Part shown: piece after piece, positions 34,372 through 41,908 of the stretch | Position numbering within the stretch: the first letter of the stretch is position 1 | How the letters are laid out: each line of letters begins with the position of its first letter | From: a virus | Taxonomy: Duplodnaviria; Caudoviricetes | Virus record (IMG/VR): IMGVR_UViG_3300048852_000023 | Coordinates: 1 to 41,908 of that record | Direction: 5' to 3' (one strand) | Length of the DNA stretch: 41,908 nucleotides | The notes under the pieces: model-generated | Database searches by the model: none | The model's input: the letters and a program-made list of their open reading frames with translations, nothing else | What the model was told of the DNA's origin: nothing | Position numbers and translations under genes: made by a program

Positions 34372-36282
34372 ATGGCGACGCGCATACTCCTCCCGCGTGA
34401 ACAGGTCTTCGATGCCAACGGCCAGGTCATGCCGGGCGCGAAACTGTACACATATGCGAGCGGAACCTCCACGCTCAAGACCACCTATTCCGACGCCGGG
34501 CTCACCGTTGCGAACACGAACCCGCTAGTCGCCGACAGCGCCGGCCGCTTCGGCGACATCTTCCCCGGCGTCGGCGCCTACAAGCTGGTGCTCCAGGACG
34601 CCGATGGCGTCACCATCTGGACCGCCGACCCGGTCGATGGCGGCGATGCGGAGGGCACCGGCGTCGCCAATGTCCGCGATTACGGCGCGGTCGGGGACGG
34701 CACCACCAACGACGCGGCGGCCTTCGTCGCGGCGGCGGCCACGGGCCTGACCGTCTACGCGCCGGCCGGCACCTACCGCCTGGAGAGCGGCTTCACGCTG
34801 AGCGAGGACGGCCAGCGGCTCATCGGCGACGGGCCCGGCATGACCGAGCTGTGGCCGATCGGCGACTTTGACGTGGTGACGATCACCGGCGGCGCCTCCG
34901 GCTGCGGCGTGGAGAACGTCTACTTCCGCTGCACCGGGCAGACCGGCGGCTGGTGCATCTCGATCAGCAACGCCCTCCGCGTTCACGTCCTGCGAGTGGG
35001 CTCCGTCAGCACCACCGGCTTCGCCATCGTCCAGGAGTGCAATGTCTGCACCTTCCGGGACTGCTGGGCCTCCACCGCAACGGGCGAGGCGGTCTGGCAC
35101 CTCTACGGCACACCTGCGCTGCGGTCGGACGGCATCATCTTCGACAACTGCTGGTGCTCGTCCGACACCTCGATCGACCCCGAGTTGCGGCCCATCGGCC
35201 TCCTGTGGGAGGGCCACGTCCACACCGTCACCATCCAGGGCATGAAGATCATCATGCCGAGCTATGGCGTGCTGATCCGCAACGCTGGTGGAGGCACCTT
35301 TCCGGCCGAGACGCCGTCCTACCTGATGGCGGTCGATATCGAGGTGGACTACCCGTATTACGAGGGCATGCGCATCGAGGCCGGGTCCGGCTTCTACGTG
35401 AGCGGCTCGTACCTCGCCAACTCCACGTCCAGCAGCGGCCTCTACATCGCCGATGGCGTGCGGCTCGGCGCCTTCGCCAACACCGTCATCCAGAACAACT
35501 ACCAGCACGGCGCGCACATCGACGGCGACGACTTCCTGTTCGCCGTGCTGATCGTCCTTGGCAACAGCCGCGAGCTGTTCGGCACCTATGACGGCGTGCA
35601 TGTGGACGCGAACGCGGAACGCATCACCTTCGCGGGCTGCCAGTCCGGCTCGGCCGAGGGCGTCGGCATCACGCAGCGCTACGGGCTCTATGTCGCAGCC
35701 GGCGCTGTCGGCGTGCAGTGGTCGGGCAGCCTGGAGGGCAACCGGCTGGAGGCATGGCGCGACGACAGCGGCGGCGGTAACGACAACTTCGGCGCCATCG
35801 CGACCGGCAGCGCCCGCTCGGTCATCGAGACCATGCTGATCGCCACGACGTCGGGCCACCGGGCCAAGGCCACGCCCACCATCGTTGGCGGCGTGATCAC
35901 CGCTGCGGTGGTGGACGACGGCGGGCAGCTCTACGACACGGCGCCGACTGTCACGGCCTACGACCCGACCGGCGCCGGCAGCGGTGCGACGCTGACCGCG
36001 GTGGTGAGCGGCGGCGCGGTCACGAGCGTCACGGTAGGCGCCGGCGGCACGAACTACAGCAGCAGCACCATCCTGTACTTCCGCTCGGCGTCCGTCCCGC
36101 TGACGCTGCGCCCGTATCCCACGACGACGAACGCGCATCTGCGCCTGGCCGGGCATGGCACGGACGGGCGGGTCAACTTCTACGAAGGCAAGATCCGGAT
36201 GGAAAACTTGCCGACAAGTTCCGCCGGCCTCAGCAGCGGGGATGTGTGGAGCGACGCCGGCACGCTGAAGGTGGCGCCATGA
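34372..36282 (+). CDS. Tailspike 2 with particle-binding N-domain and beta-helix
   Basis: FDANG...GAKLYTYASGTST..TTYSD......NTNP..ADSAGR; NVRDYGAVGDGTTND; PAGTYR. Confidence 0.9.
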   Translation: MATRILLPREQVFDANGQVMPGAKLYTYASGTSTLKTTYSDAGLTVANTNPLVADSAGRFGDIFPGVGAYKLVLQDADGVTIWTADPVDGGDAEGTGVANVRDYGAVGDGTTNDAAAFVAAAATGLTVYAPAGTYRLESGFTLSEDGQRLIGDGPGMTELWPIGDFDVVTITGGASGCGVENVYFRCTGQTGGWCISISNALRVHVLRVGSVSTTGFAIVQECNVCTFRDCWASTATGEAVWHLYGTPALRSDGIIFDNCWCSSDTSIDPELRPIGLLWEGHVHTVTIQGMKIIMPSYGVLIRNAGGGTFPAETPSYLMAVDIEVDYPYYEGMRIEAGSGFYVSGSYLANSTSSSGLYIADGVRLGAFANTVIQNNYQHGAHIDGDDFLFAVLIVLGNSRELFGTYDGVHVDANAERITFAGCQSGSAEGVGITQRYGLYVAAGAVGVQWSGSLEGNRLEAWRDDSGGGNDNFGAIATGSARSVIETMLIATTSGHRAKATPTIVGGVITAAVVDDGGQLYDTAPTVTAYDPTGAGSGATLTAVVSGGAVTSVTVGAGGTNYSSSTILYFRSASVPLTLRPYPTTTNAHLRLAGHGTDGRVNFYEGKIRMENLPTSSAGLSSGDVWSDAGTLKVAP

Positions 36283-36473
36283 GCGACGAGGACGAGCGCC
36301 TCCGCAAGCTGGAGCGCGACGTGGCCGTGCACGAGGCGGTCTGCGCCGAGCGGTACAAGGGCATCATGCTGCGGCTGAACGTGGTGATGGCCCTGCTGCT
36401 GACGCTGGTGGGCGCGGCGGCGATGGGCAATCCCGTGGTTGCCGCGGTGCGGCAGATCCTAGGGGGAGGGTGA
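36279..36473 (+). CDS. Small lysis-region membrane protein (coiled coil + TM)
   Basis: LERDVAVHEAVCAERY followed by a TM helix; coupled. Confidence 0.65.
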   Translation: MSDEDERLRKLERDVAVHEAVCAERYKGIMLRLNVVMALLLTLVGAAAMGNPVVAAVRQILGGG

Positions 36474-37471
36474 TGACCCGCCCCGGCGTCTCCGATGAGG
36501 ACCTCGTCCGCATCTGGGACGAGGAGGGCGGCAGCCCGGCGCGCGTGGCCGCCCGGATCGGCGTGAGCGTGCGCAATGTCCACTACCGTCGTGTCAGGCT
36601 GGAGAGGCAAGGCCACATGCTGGACGCCGCCGACCCCCAAATGGCGCGGCGGTTCCGCTGCGCCTATCCCCGCCGGGCCTTCCTTGAGATAGAGGATGGC
36701 GTGGCGCTGGCCTTCGGAGATGGTCACTGCCTGCCGGTGGAGTGGCGCGAGGACGGCGACACGCCGGCCATGGCCGCCGCGCTCCGGCTGGCCGAGGATC
36801 TGCAGCCGACGCACCTCCTGTGCATGGGCGACATGCTCGACGGCGCTTCCATCTCCCGGCATCCGCCGCTGGGGTGGGAGGTGAAGCCGAGGGTCGAGGA
36901 CGAGCTCGGCGCGGTGCAGCATGACCTCTCCAGGCTGCGGCGGGCGGCGCCGAATGCCAAGCCGGTCTGGATCGTGGGCAACCATGATGAGCGCTACGAC
37001 CGCACCCTGGCGCAGCGCGTGCCGGACTTCCGCGACGTGCTCGGCACCAGCCTGTCCGACAGCTTCCCCGATTGGGCCATGTCCTGGTCGCTGGAGATCA
37101 ACGGCGCCCTGGTGGCGGTGCACCGGTGGCACGCCGGCGTGCACGCGGCCTGGAACAACGTGATGAAATCCGGCGGCGCGCACCTCATCACCGGCGACAC
37201 GCATCGCCTGACGCTGCGGGCGTACACCGGGCAGATCGGGCAAATCTACGCGGTGGAGTGCGGCACGCTGGCCGATCCGCGCGGCCGGCAGTTCGAGTAC
37301 ACGCGGGGCCTCGATCCCAACTGGCAGGCCGGCTTCGCCGTGCTGACGTGGCGCGGCGGCGTGCTGATGCCCCCGGAGCTCTGCCAGGTGGACAACGCCG
37401 GGGTGGCGTGGTTCCGCGGCCGGGCGATCGCCGGCAAGCCGCGGGTCCGCGTGAAGGCGAGAGCGGCGTGA
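36470..37471 (+). CDS. HTH + calcineurin-like metallophosphoesterase
   Basis: GDGH, GDMLD, GNHD, H, GDTH motifs; N-terminal SPARVAARIGVSVRNVHYR. Confidence 0.85.
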   Translation: MMTRPGVSDEDLVRIWDEEGGSPARVAARIGVSVRNVHYRRVRLERQGHMLDAADPQMARRFRCAYPRRAFLEIEDGVALAFGDGHCLPVEWREDGDTPAMAAALRLAEDLQPTHLLCMGDMLDGASISRHPPLGWEVKPRVEDELGAVQHDLSRLRRAAPNAKPVWIVGNHDERYDRTLAQRVPDFRDVLGTSLSDSFPDWAMSWSLEINGALVAVHRWHAGVHAAWNNVMKSGGAHLITGDTHRLTLRAYTGQIGQIYAVECGTLADPRGRQFEYTRGLDPNWQAGFAVLTWRGGVLMPPELCQVDNAGVAWFRGRAIAGKPRVRVKARAA

Positions 37472-37668
37472 AGCCCCGCGGCGATGTCTGGGACCTGCTC
37501 GAAGGTCCCGAGCCGGCCGTGGGCAGCGCCAGCACGCTCAGCGGCCCAGGCGCGCGGGTGCCGGAGCGCGCATTCCCGCCGGGCTTTGCCGGCGCCAATC
37601 CCGGCCCGTCGCACGACGAGCCGGCCCGCAAGACACCCCGCCGCCGCAAGGAGACCAAGCGATGCTAG
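37468..37668 (+). CDS. Hypothetical protein with basic C-terminus
   Basis: GTGA-coupled; overlaps the holin start. Confidence 0.45.
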   Translation: MKPRGDVWDLLEGPEPAVGSASTLSGPGARVPERAFPPGFAGANPGPSHDEPARKTPRRRKETKRC

Positions 37669-38051
37669 CGGCCCTTCTGCCGACCCTGGTGCCGATCCTC
37701 GGCGACGCGATCCGGCGCGTGTTCCCCGACCCCGACGCGCAGGCCAAGGCGACGGCCGAGATCAACGCCGCGCTGCTCGCCAATGCGGGCGAGATAGCGC
37801 GGGCGGCGTCCGCCATCGTGGAGGCCGAGGCCAAGTCCGAGCACTGGCTGGCCGCGTGCTGGCGGCCCATCGTGATGCTGACCTTCACCGCCCTGATCGT
37901 GGCGCGCTGGGTCGGGTGGTCCGCGCCGGGCATCTCGGAGGCCGAGGTGCTCCACCTGTGGGACATCGTGGAGCTCGGCTTGGGCGGCTACGTGATCGGC
38001 CGCAGCGCCGAGAAGGTGCTTCCCCAGGTGGCGCAGGTCCTGCGCAAATGA
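37662..38051 (+). CDS. Holin (GTA 3TM-type)
   Basis: RVFPDP...IVEAEAKSEHWL...WRP...GLGGYVIGRSAEK. Confidence 0.88.
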   Translation: MLAALLPTLVPILGDAIRRVFPDPDAQAKATAEINAALLANAGEIARAASAIVEAEAKSEHWLAACWRPIVMLTFTALIVARWVGWSAPGISEAEVLHLWDIVELGLGGYVIGRSAEKVLPQVAQVLRK

Positions 38052-38671
38052 GCCTGCTCACCAGCCTCGCCGCGTGGCTGCGTCGGCCCCAGAGGGAATC
38101 ACCCGCAGATGGCGGTTTTCCGCCACTTTCCGGCGAAAATCCCCCCGGGAGGAAATCGCTCCCGCCCTCCCGCTTTGCCGCCTGCGTCGCCGAGGTGCTG
38201 GAGCACGAGGGCGGCTATGTGGACCATGCCAAGGACCCGGGCGGCGCTACGAACCTCGGCATTACCCACATCACCCTGGCGTCCTGGCGGGGCGCCGAGG
38301 TCACGCCTGCCGACGTGCGCGCCCTGACCCGCGCCGAGGCGGAGGCGATCTACGCGCAGCGCTACTGGACGCCGCTTCGCTGCGCCGACCTGCCGCCTGG
38401 CGTGGACCTGATGGTGTTCGACTTTGGGGTGAACGCGGGGCCAGCTCGCAGCGCCAAGACGCTCCAGCGCCTGCTGCGGGTGCCGGTGGATGGTGTCGTC
38501 GGGCCGCAGACCCTGCTCGCCGCCCGGGACGTGCCGCGCCGCGTGCTGATCTGCGATCTGGCGGACGCTCGGCGGGACTACTACCGCGGGCTGGAGGGCT
38601 GGAGCACGTTCGGGAAGGGCTGGATGGCGCGCGTGGATGCGGTGACGAAGGCGGCGCTGGCGGTGAGCTAG
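38048..38671 (+). CDS. Endolysin, glycoside hydrolase family 108 with PG-binding domain
   Basis: HEGGYVDH.KDPGGATNLGIT...FDFGVNAGP...LQR...DG.VGP.T...FGKGW..R. Confidence 0.95.
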   Translation: MSLLTSLAAWLRRPQRESPADGGFPPLSGENPPGRKSLPPSRFAACVAEVLEHEGGYVDHAKDPGGATNLGITHITLASWRGAEVTPADVRALTRAEAEAIYAQRYWTPLRCADLPPGVDLMVFDFGVNAGPARSAKTLQRLLRVPVDGVVGPQTLLAARDVPRRVLICDLADARRDYYRGLEGWSTFGKGWMARVDAVTKAALAVS

Positions 38672-38677
38672 CTCGCG

Positions 38678-39766
38678 CTACTGGCCTGCCTCTGCGTAGC
38701 ATAGCAGCGAGACCGCATCCCCCATGGCGCGGTGGGCGCGCGCCACGGCGTCGGTGGCCTCGGTCATCTCGTCCGGTGCGGCCGCCTGCAGGCGCTGCAT
38801 GGCGCGCTGCATCTCGTCCCATGCCTCGGACAGCTTCTCCAGTGCGGGGATCATCATGGCCTCTGGCCTCCTGGCTTTGCGTGGTGGTGGAACGGTGGCC
38901 GGCTGGCGCCTCGGAACGCCGGCTTCTCGGAAGCGCGCGTAGGCGTCGCTCACGATCTCGTCGAGCTCGACGGCGCGGTGCGTGTGCCCGGGCTTCCATT
39001 GCTCGGGCGGTAGGCGCCTCCGCCAGGTATAGGAGCCGGCGGAGGGCGCCAGATTGCTGCCGGCCGTAAGGTGCGGGAAAACCGGCAGGACGGTAGTGTC
39101 TAGGGCATAGCGGGCCAGGGGATCGCCTTGGATCTCGATAGGGTCGAGGCCCATCCTCTGAAGGATCCGCCCGAACAGGGCGTACATCACCGCATTGGTC
39201 GGGTGGTTGTAGGTGTGAAGGGCTGGGACGCCACCCTTGCCGTCCACGATCAGGTCAGAGACCGCCACATCCGTCTCGGCCTCCACCTCCTCCAGGTGCT
39301 TCCGCGACTGGCTGGCGGCCTCCGGGTATGCCTCGCGCATCTTGTCGGAGAGCACGGCATCGGCCGCCTCCCGCTCTGACAGGCCGTCCTTGTAGGCCTG
39401 ATAGATGGTGCGGCTGTGGTAGTCGCCCGCCAGGCCCCCAATGGCTTTGCCGCCCTGGCCGTAGGGAACGAAGAAGTCCGGGAAGTAGCCGTTGTAGTAG
39501 ATGTTGGGGAACACGATCAGGCGGTCCCCGAGACGCTCCCGCAGGTTGTTCGTGATGGCCGGCGCAAATCGAAGCCCTGGCCCCAGGTGGCGGCTGACAA
39601 CAAAGTCGCACTGGTCAACGGTGCTGTGAAATTCCTCGGTGTAGCTCTCGTTCTGGGTGTACAGCAGCCGCGTGCGGAGGACCTCGAAGCGGTCTTTGTA
39701 GCAGCCGAAGAGGCTCTGGTAGAACTGGCCCTGGCAATTGCCCAGCACCGCCACTTTCAAGGGCAT
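38678..39766 (-). CDS. WcbI-family polysaccharide biosynthesis (putative acetyltransferase) protein with C-terminal extension
   Basis: GNCQ, FPNIYYNGYFPD, DYH, E.E.D, LHTYNHPT motifs. Confidence 0.8.
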   Translation of the reverse strand: MPLKVAVLGNCQGQFYQSLFGCYKDRFEVLRTRLLYTQNESYTEEFHSTVDQCDFVVSRHLGPGLRFAPAITNNLRERLGDRLIVFPNIYYNGYFPDFFVPYGQGGKAIGGLAGDYHSRTIYQAYKDGLSEREAADAVLSDKMREAYPEAASQSRKHLEEVEAETDVAVSDLIVDGKGGVPALHTYNHPTNAVMYALFGRILQRMGLDPIEIQGDPLARYALDTTVLPVFPHLTAGSNLAPSAGSYTWRRRLPPEQWKPGHTHRAVELDEIVSDAYARFREAGVPRRQPATVPPPRKARRPEAMMIPALEKLSEAWDEMQRAMQRLQAAAPDEMTEATDAVARAHRAMGDAVSLLCYAEAGQ

Positions 39767-39882
39767 GTGCGTCTCCCGCCCGTGTCCATTCCACTAACGG
39801 TACAATGTAGAGCGGGCCGAAGGGAAGCGCTATGCGCTGTCCCGCCCGCGCCTGTTACGGCGCGAGCTGCTACGCTCCGCCC

Positions 39883-40224
39883 ATGCCCGATCCTGCCGCC
39901 CTCTTCCGCCTGGCTGACCGACTGGGCGCCGTGCGGACAGGCAGCCGCCTGGCGGACGAGGCGATCCACCGCGCGCTCGGTCTCACGGGCGACCCGCCGC
40001 CCTACACCACCGACGAGACCGCGGCGGAGGGCCTGCTGCCGGCTGGCTACGTGGTCGAGATCCGGACGGACATCCCGGGGCAGGTGCCCGGCGTGTGGCT
40101 GCACTACGCGGCGTGCCGCGATGCGCGGGATCCGGCCTACCCGCACCACGGGCAGTGGGGCAGCACGAAGCCGCTGGCGAAGTGCGGGGCGGTGCTGCGG
40201 TGCATCGGGGCGAGGGCGGGGTGA
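39883..40224 (+). CDS. Hypothetical phage protein (P.YTTD..AA..LLP type)
   Basis: DEAIHRALG...PPYTTDETAAEGLLP...T.PLA.C.A.L; likely leaderless start. Confidence 0.65.
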   Translation: MPDPAALFRLADRLGAVRTGSRLADEAIHRALGLTGDPPPYTTDETAAEGLLPAGYVVEIRTDIPGQVPGVWLHYAACRDARDPAYPHHGQWGSTKPLAKCGAVLRCIGARAG

Positions 40225-40309
40225 ACGCTCCGCGAACCTGGCTTGTCAGATTCTTGCCAATCCCGGGCGGATGTTCATGATTCGTGGCGGATTTTCCCGG
40301 ACAGCCCTG

Positions 40310-40338
40310 TTGACCCGACCGGCCCGAATAGCTAGTAA
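40310..40338 (+). promoter_or_regulatory. Phage-borne sigma70 promoter for the restored tRNA (TTGACC-N17-TAGTAA)
   Basis: TTGACC 40310-40315, 17-nt spacer, TAGTAA 40333-40338, 12 nt before the tRNA, inside the prophage. Confidence 0.7.
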
Positions 40339-40349
40339 AACCGCCACTT

Positions 40350-40392
40350 CGGGCGCGTAGCTCAGCGGGAGAGCATCGCCTTGACATGGCGG
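40350..40392 (+). repeat. Right attachment site (43-bp direct repeat)
   Basis: Identical to 85-127. Confidence 0.95.
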
Positions 40393-40422
40393 GGGTCACA
40401 GGTTCAATCCCTGTCGCGCCCA
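40351..40422 (+). tRNA. tRNA-Val (GAC), CCA not encoded
   Basis: Acceptor GGGCGCG/CGCGCCC-A, D arm, anticodon arm TCGCC-TTGACAT-GGCGG, T arm ACAGG-TTCAATC-CCTGT. Confidence 0.97.
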
Positions 40423-40459
40423 TTCCCCCCACTTCCTTGAAGCTGTCGAATTTATGCCG

Positions 40460-41311
40460 TCACGGTGCCTCGGCCAGCTCGAGGCGCGTGCGGCCCTGTG
40501 TCGTTGTACTGCCCAGTGTCGCACCACCCGTCGCGCCACCTGTCGCAGCACTGCGGGCCGAGAGCATGCGCATGCCGGTCCAGCCCTGCTTCGGCATGGC
40601 CAGGCGCGCGGTCGCCGTCGCCGCAGCCTGCGCCCGGCCGCCGGGTCGCGCATGGGACCAGGCCTCCGCCAGCATGCCGCGCGGATCGGCCGCCCGGCGC
40701 TGGGCGAGGGGCCAAGCGGAGGCGATGCGGGCGCGGTAGACCTCGGCACGGGCCGGCGTCTGGCTGTGGTAGTGCGAGGCCGCCAGCATCCAGTCGTTGC
40801 GCGTGGCCTGCAGCTCCTTCAGGAACCGTGCCGCGTAGCGGGCATTCGCCACCGGGTCGAAGGCCTCCTCCAGTCCGGCGAAGGCCGCGGGGTGGTGGAG
40901 CAGGTTCACCTGCATGCAGCCCACGTCGATCAGCTGCACGCCGCGCGCCTGCAGCTTCCGCACATGGGCCACCGCCTCCTCCTTCGTCTCGAAGTACCGG
41001 CCCTGGCCCTCGGCGCTCACCGTCCAGGGCCAGGGGCCGGAGCTGCCCCGCTGCGGATCCCGCCGGCCCGATTCGACCTGCGCGATGGCGGCCAGCAGTC
41101 CGGGTGCGATTCCCATCTCGCGCTCGGCCAGCCGCGCAGCGGCGCGGCACTGGTCACCTGGGCCGGCGGAGGGGCCGGACCAGTTCGCCATGGCAGGCCC
41201 GTCGGGGGGCAGCAGGGCGAGGAGCGCCAGCAAGGCGGTTGCGAGGGCGCCGGGCGCGCCCCGGGGAGAACAGGCCAGAGGAGAATAGCCGGGGGGACAA
41301 CGGCCCTGCAT
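40460..41311 (-). CDS. Host lytic transglycosylase (SLT domain)
   Basis: AIAQVESG, PWPWT, DVGCMQVN, AFDP..NA.YAA.FL, YHS; start uncertain. Confidence 0.88.
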   Translation of the reverse strand: MQGRCPPGYSPLACSPRGAPGALATALLALLALLPPDGPAMANWSGPSAGPGDQCRAAARLAEREMGIAPGLLAAIAQVESGRRDPQRGSSGPWPWTVSAEGQGRYFETKEEAVAHVRKLQARGVQLIDVGCMQVNLLHHPAAFAGLEEAFDPVANARYAARFLKELQATRNDWMLAASHYHSQTPARAEVYRARIASAWPLAQRRAADPRGMLAEAWSHARPGGRAQAAATATARLAMPKQGWTGMRMLSARSAATGGATGGATLGSTTTQGRTRLELAEAP

Positions 41312-41600
41312 CCGTCTGCTTCCTTCGCGGTGGCCAGGACGAGGGCCGGCGCGCGGAACGCAGATCTCCTCCTGGAAACCTGTTCCGCATGCATGCCTGT
41401 GTTGCAGTGCGAAAAACCGCTTGCGTGCGAGTGATTGCGCCCCTAAATTCCCTTTCGCAGCAGCACGGCACTGCCGTGTTGTCTGTCTTTCTTGGACGTT
41501 TCCTCCCTAAACTCGGCGGTGCCGCAAGGCACCGCCTTTTTTTTCGTTCAACGGGGAAATGATCGGTGGGCGCCGATCCGCGGCCAATCAGCCCAGGCTT

Positions 41601-41908
41601 TCAGCGCAGCGCGGACCAGTCGGCCGCCGCCAGCGTGGCGATCAGGCTGCCGAGGTCGCGCTGCAGTGCCAGCAGGCCCGGCCGCCGCTCGATCCGCTGC
41701 TCATCCATGTAGAGCGAGCGCGCCAGCTCGATCTGCAGCGCGTGCACGCCCTCCCGCGGGCAGCCGTAGTGGCGGGTCACATAGCCGCCGGCATAGGGGT
41801 CGTTGCGCCGCGTCCGGTAGCCCATGCGGCTCAGCGTCTCCTCCACCATCCGCGTGAAGCGCGGGGTGCAGGAGGTGCCGTGCGCATCGCCCAGCACCAT
41901 GTCGGGCG
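41601..41908 (-). CDS. Host N-formylglutamate amidohydrolase (3' part; truncated by the window)
   Basis: VLGDAHGTSC...RNDPYAGGYVTRHYG.P..GVHALQIELARSLYMDE. Confidence 0.9.
   Translation of the reverse strand, partial: PDMVLGDAHGTSCTPRFTRMVEETLSRMGYRTRRNDPYAGGYVTRHYGCPREGVHALQIELARSLYMDEQRIERRPGLLALQRDLGSLIATLAAADWSALR

Larger units (their letters stand above)
85..40392. mobile_element. Temperate prophage (~40.3 kb, podovirus-type, P22-like tail) integrated in tRNA-Val(GAC)
   Basis: Terminal 43-bp direct repeats, integrase, cI/cro switch, terminase, portal, capsid, tail and lysis genes; no disrupted core ORFs seen. Confidence 0.95.

Noticed and set aside
40223-40237. GAAC-N7-GAAC second SOS box beside the right att arm
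   Set aside because: Perfect match, but about one 8-base match is expected by chance in 42 kb and no promoter or gene is clearly linked to it
40460-41311. Lytic transglycosylase as a phage lysis or tail enzyme
   Set aside because: Lies outside the right att repeat, next to a housekeeping amidohydrolase; it is a host gene

Overview
About 40.3 kb of the window (85-40392) is an apparently intact temperate prophage with P22-like podovirus morphogenesis genes. The host is GC-rich and probably alphaproteobacterial (inferred from the LexA box type, promoter style and gene families). The phage is integrated in a tRNA-Val(GAC) gene and bounded by a 43-bp direct repeat that is the 5' part of the tRNA rather than the usual 3' part. 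The intact tRNA at the right end is therefore transcribed from a phage-supplied promoter. Gene order: tyrosine integrase and xis; a leftward early operon of about 20 small translationally coupled genes (RecT, Gp157, Ead/Ea22-like, a 12-bp tandem-repeat protein); a cI/cro switch with TTGC-N7-GCAA operators and an alpha-type SOS box; a replication region (VRR-NUC, RepA/AAA_25 helicase, iteron cluster, adenine MTase); a late activator; terminase, portal, scaffold and capsid; a P22-type adaptor, hub and ejection proteins; two beta-helix tailspikes and a fibre; a lysis region (metallophosphoesterase, holin, GH108 lysozyme); and a WcbI-like moron. Host genes to the right are a lytic transglycosylase and the 3' end of an N-formylglutamate amidohydrolase. 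The most notable unexplained structures are (i) three tandem covarying RNA motifs (pseudoknot or bulged hairpin) in the scaffold leader, (ii) short direct repeats at RBS-stop-start gene junctions that bracket individual genes like cassettes, (iii) the 5'-half tRNA attachment site with promoter replacement, and (iv) a 19-unit combinatorial tetrapeptide repeat protein. All family calls come from motif recognition by eye; no searches were run.
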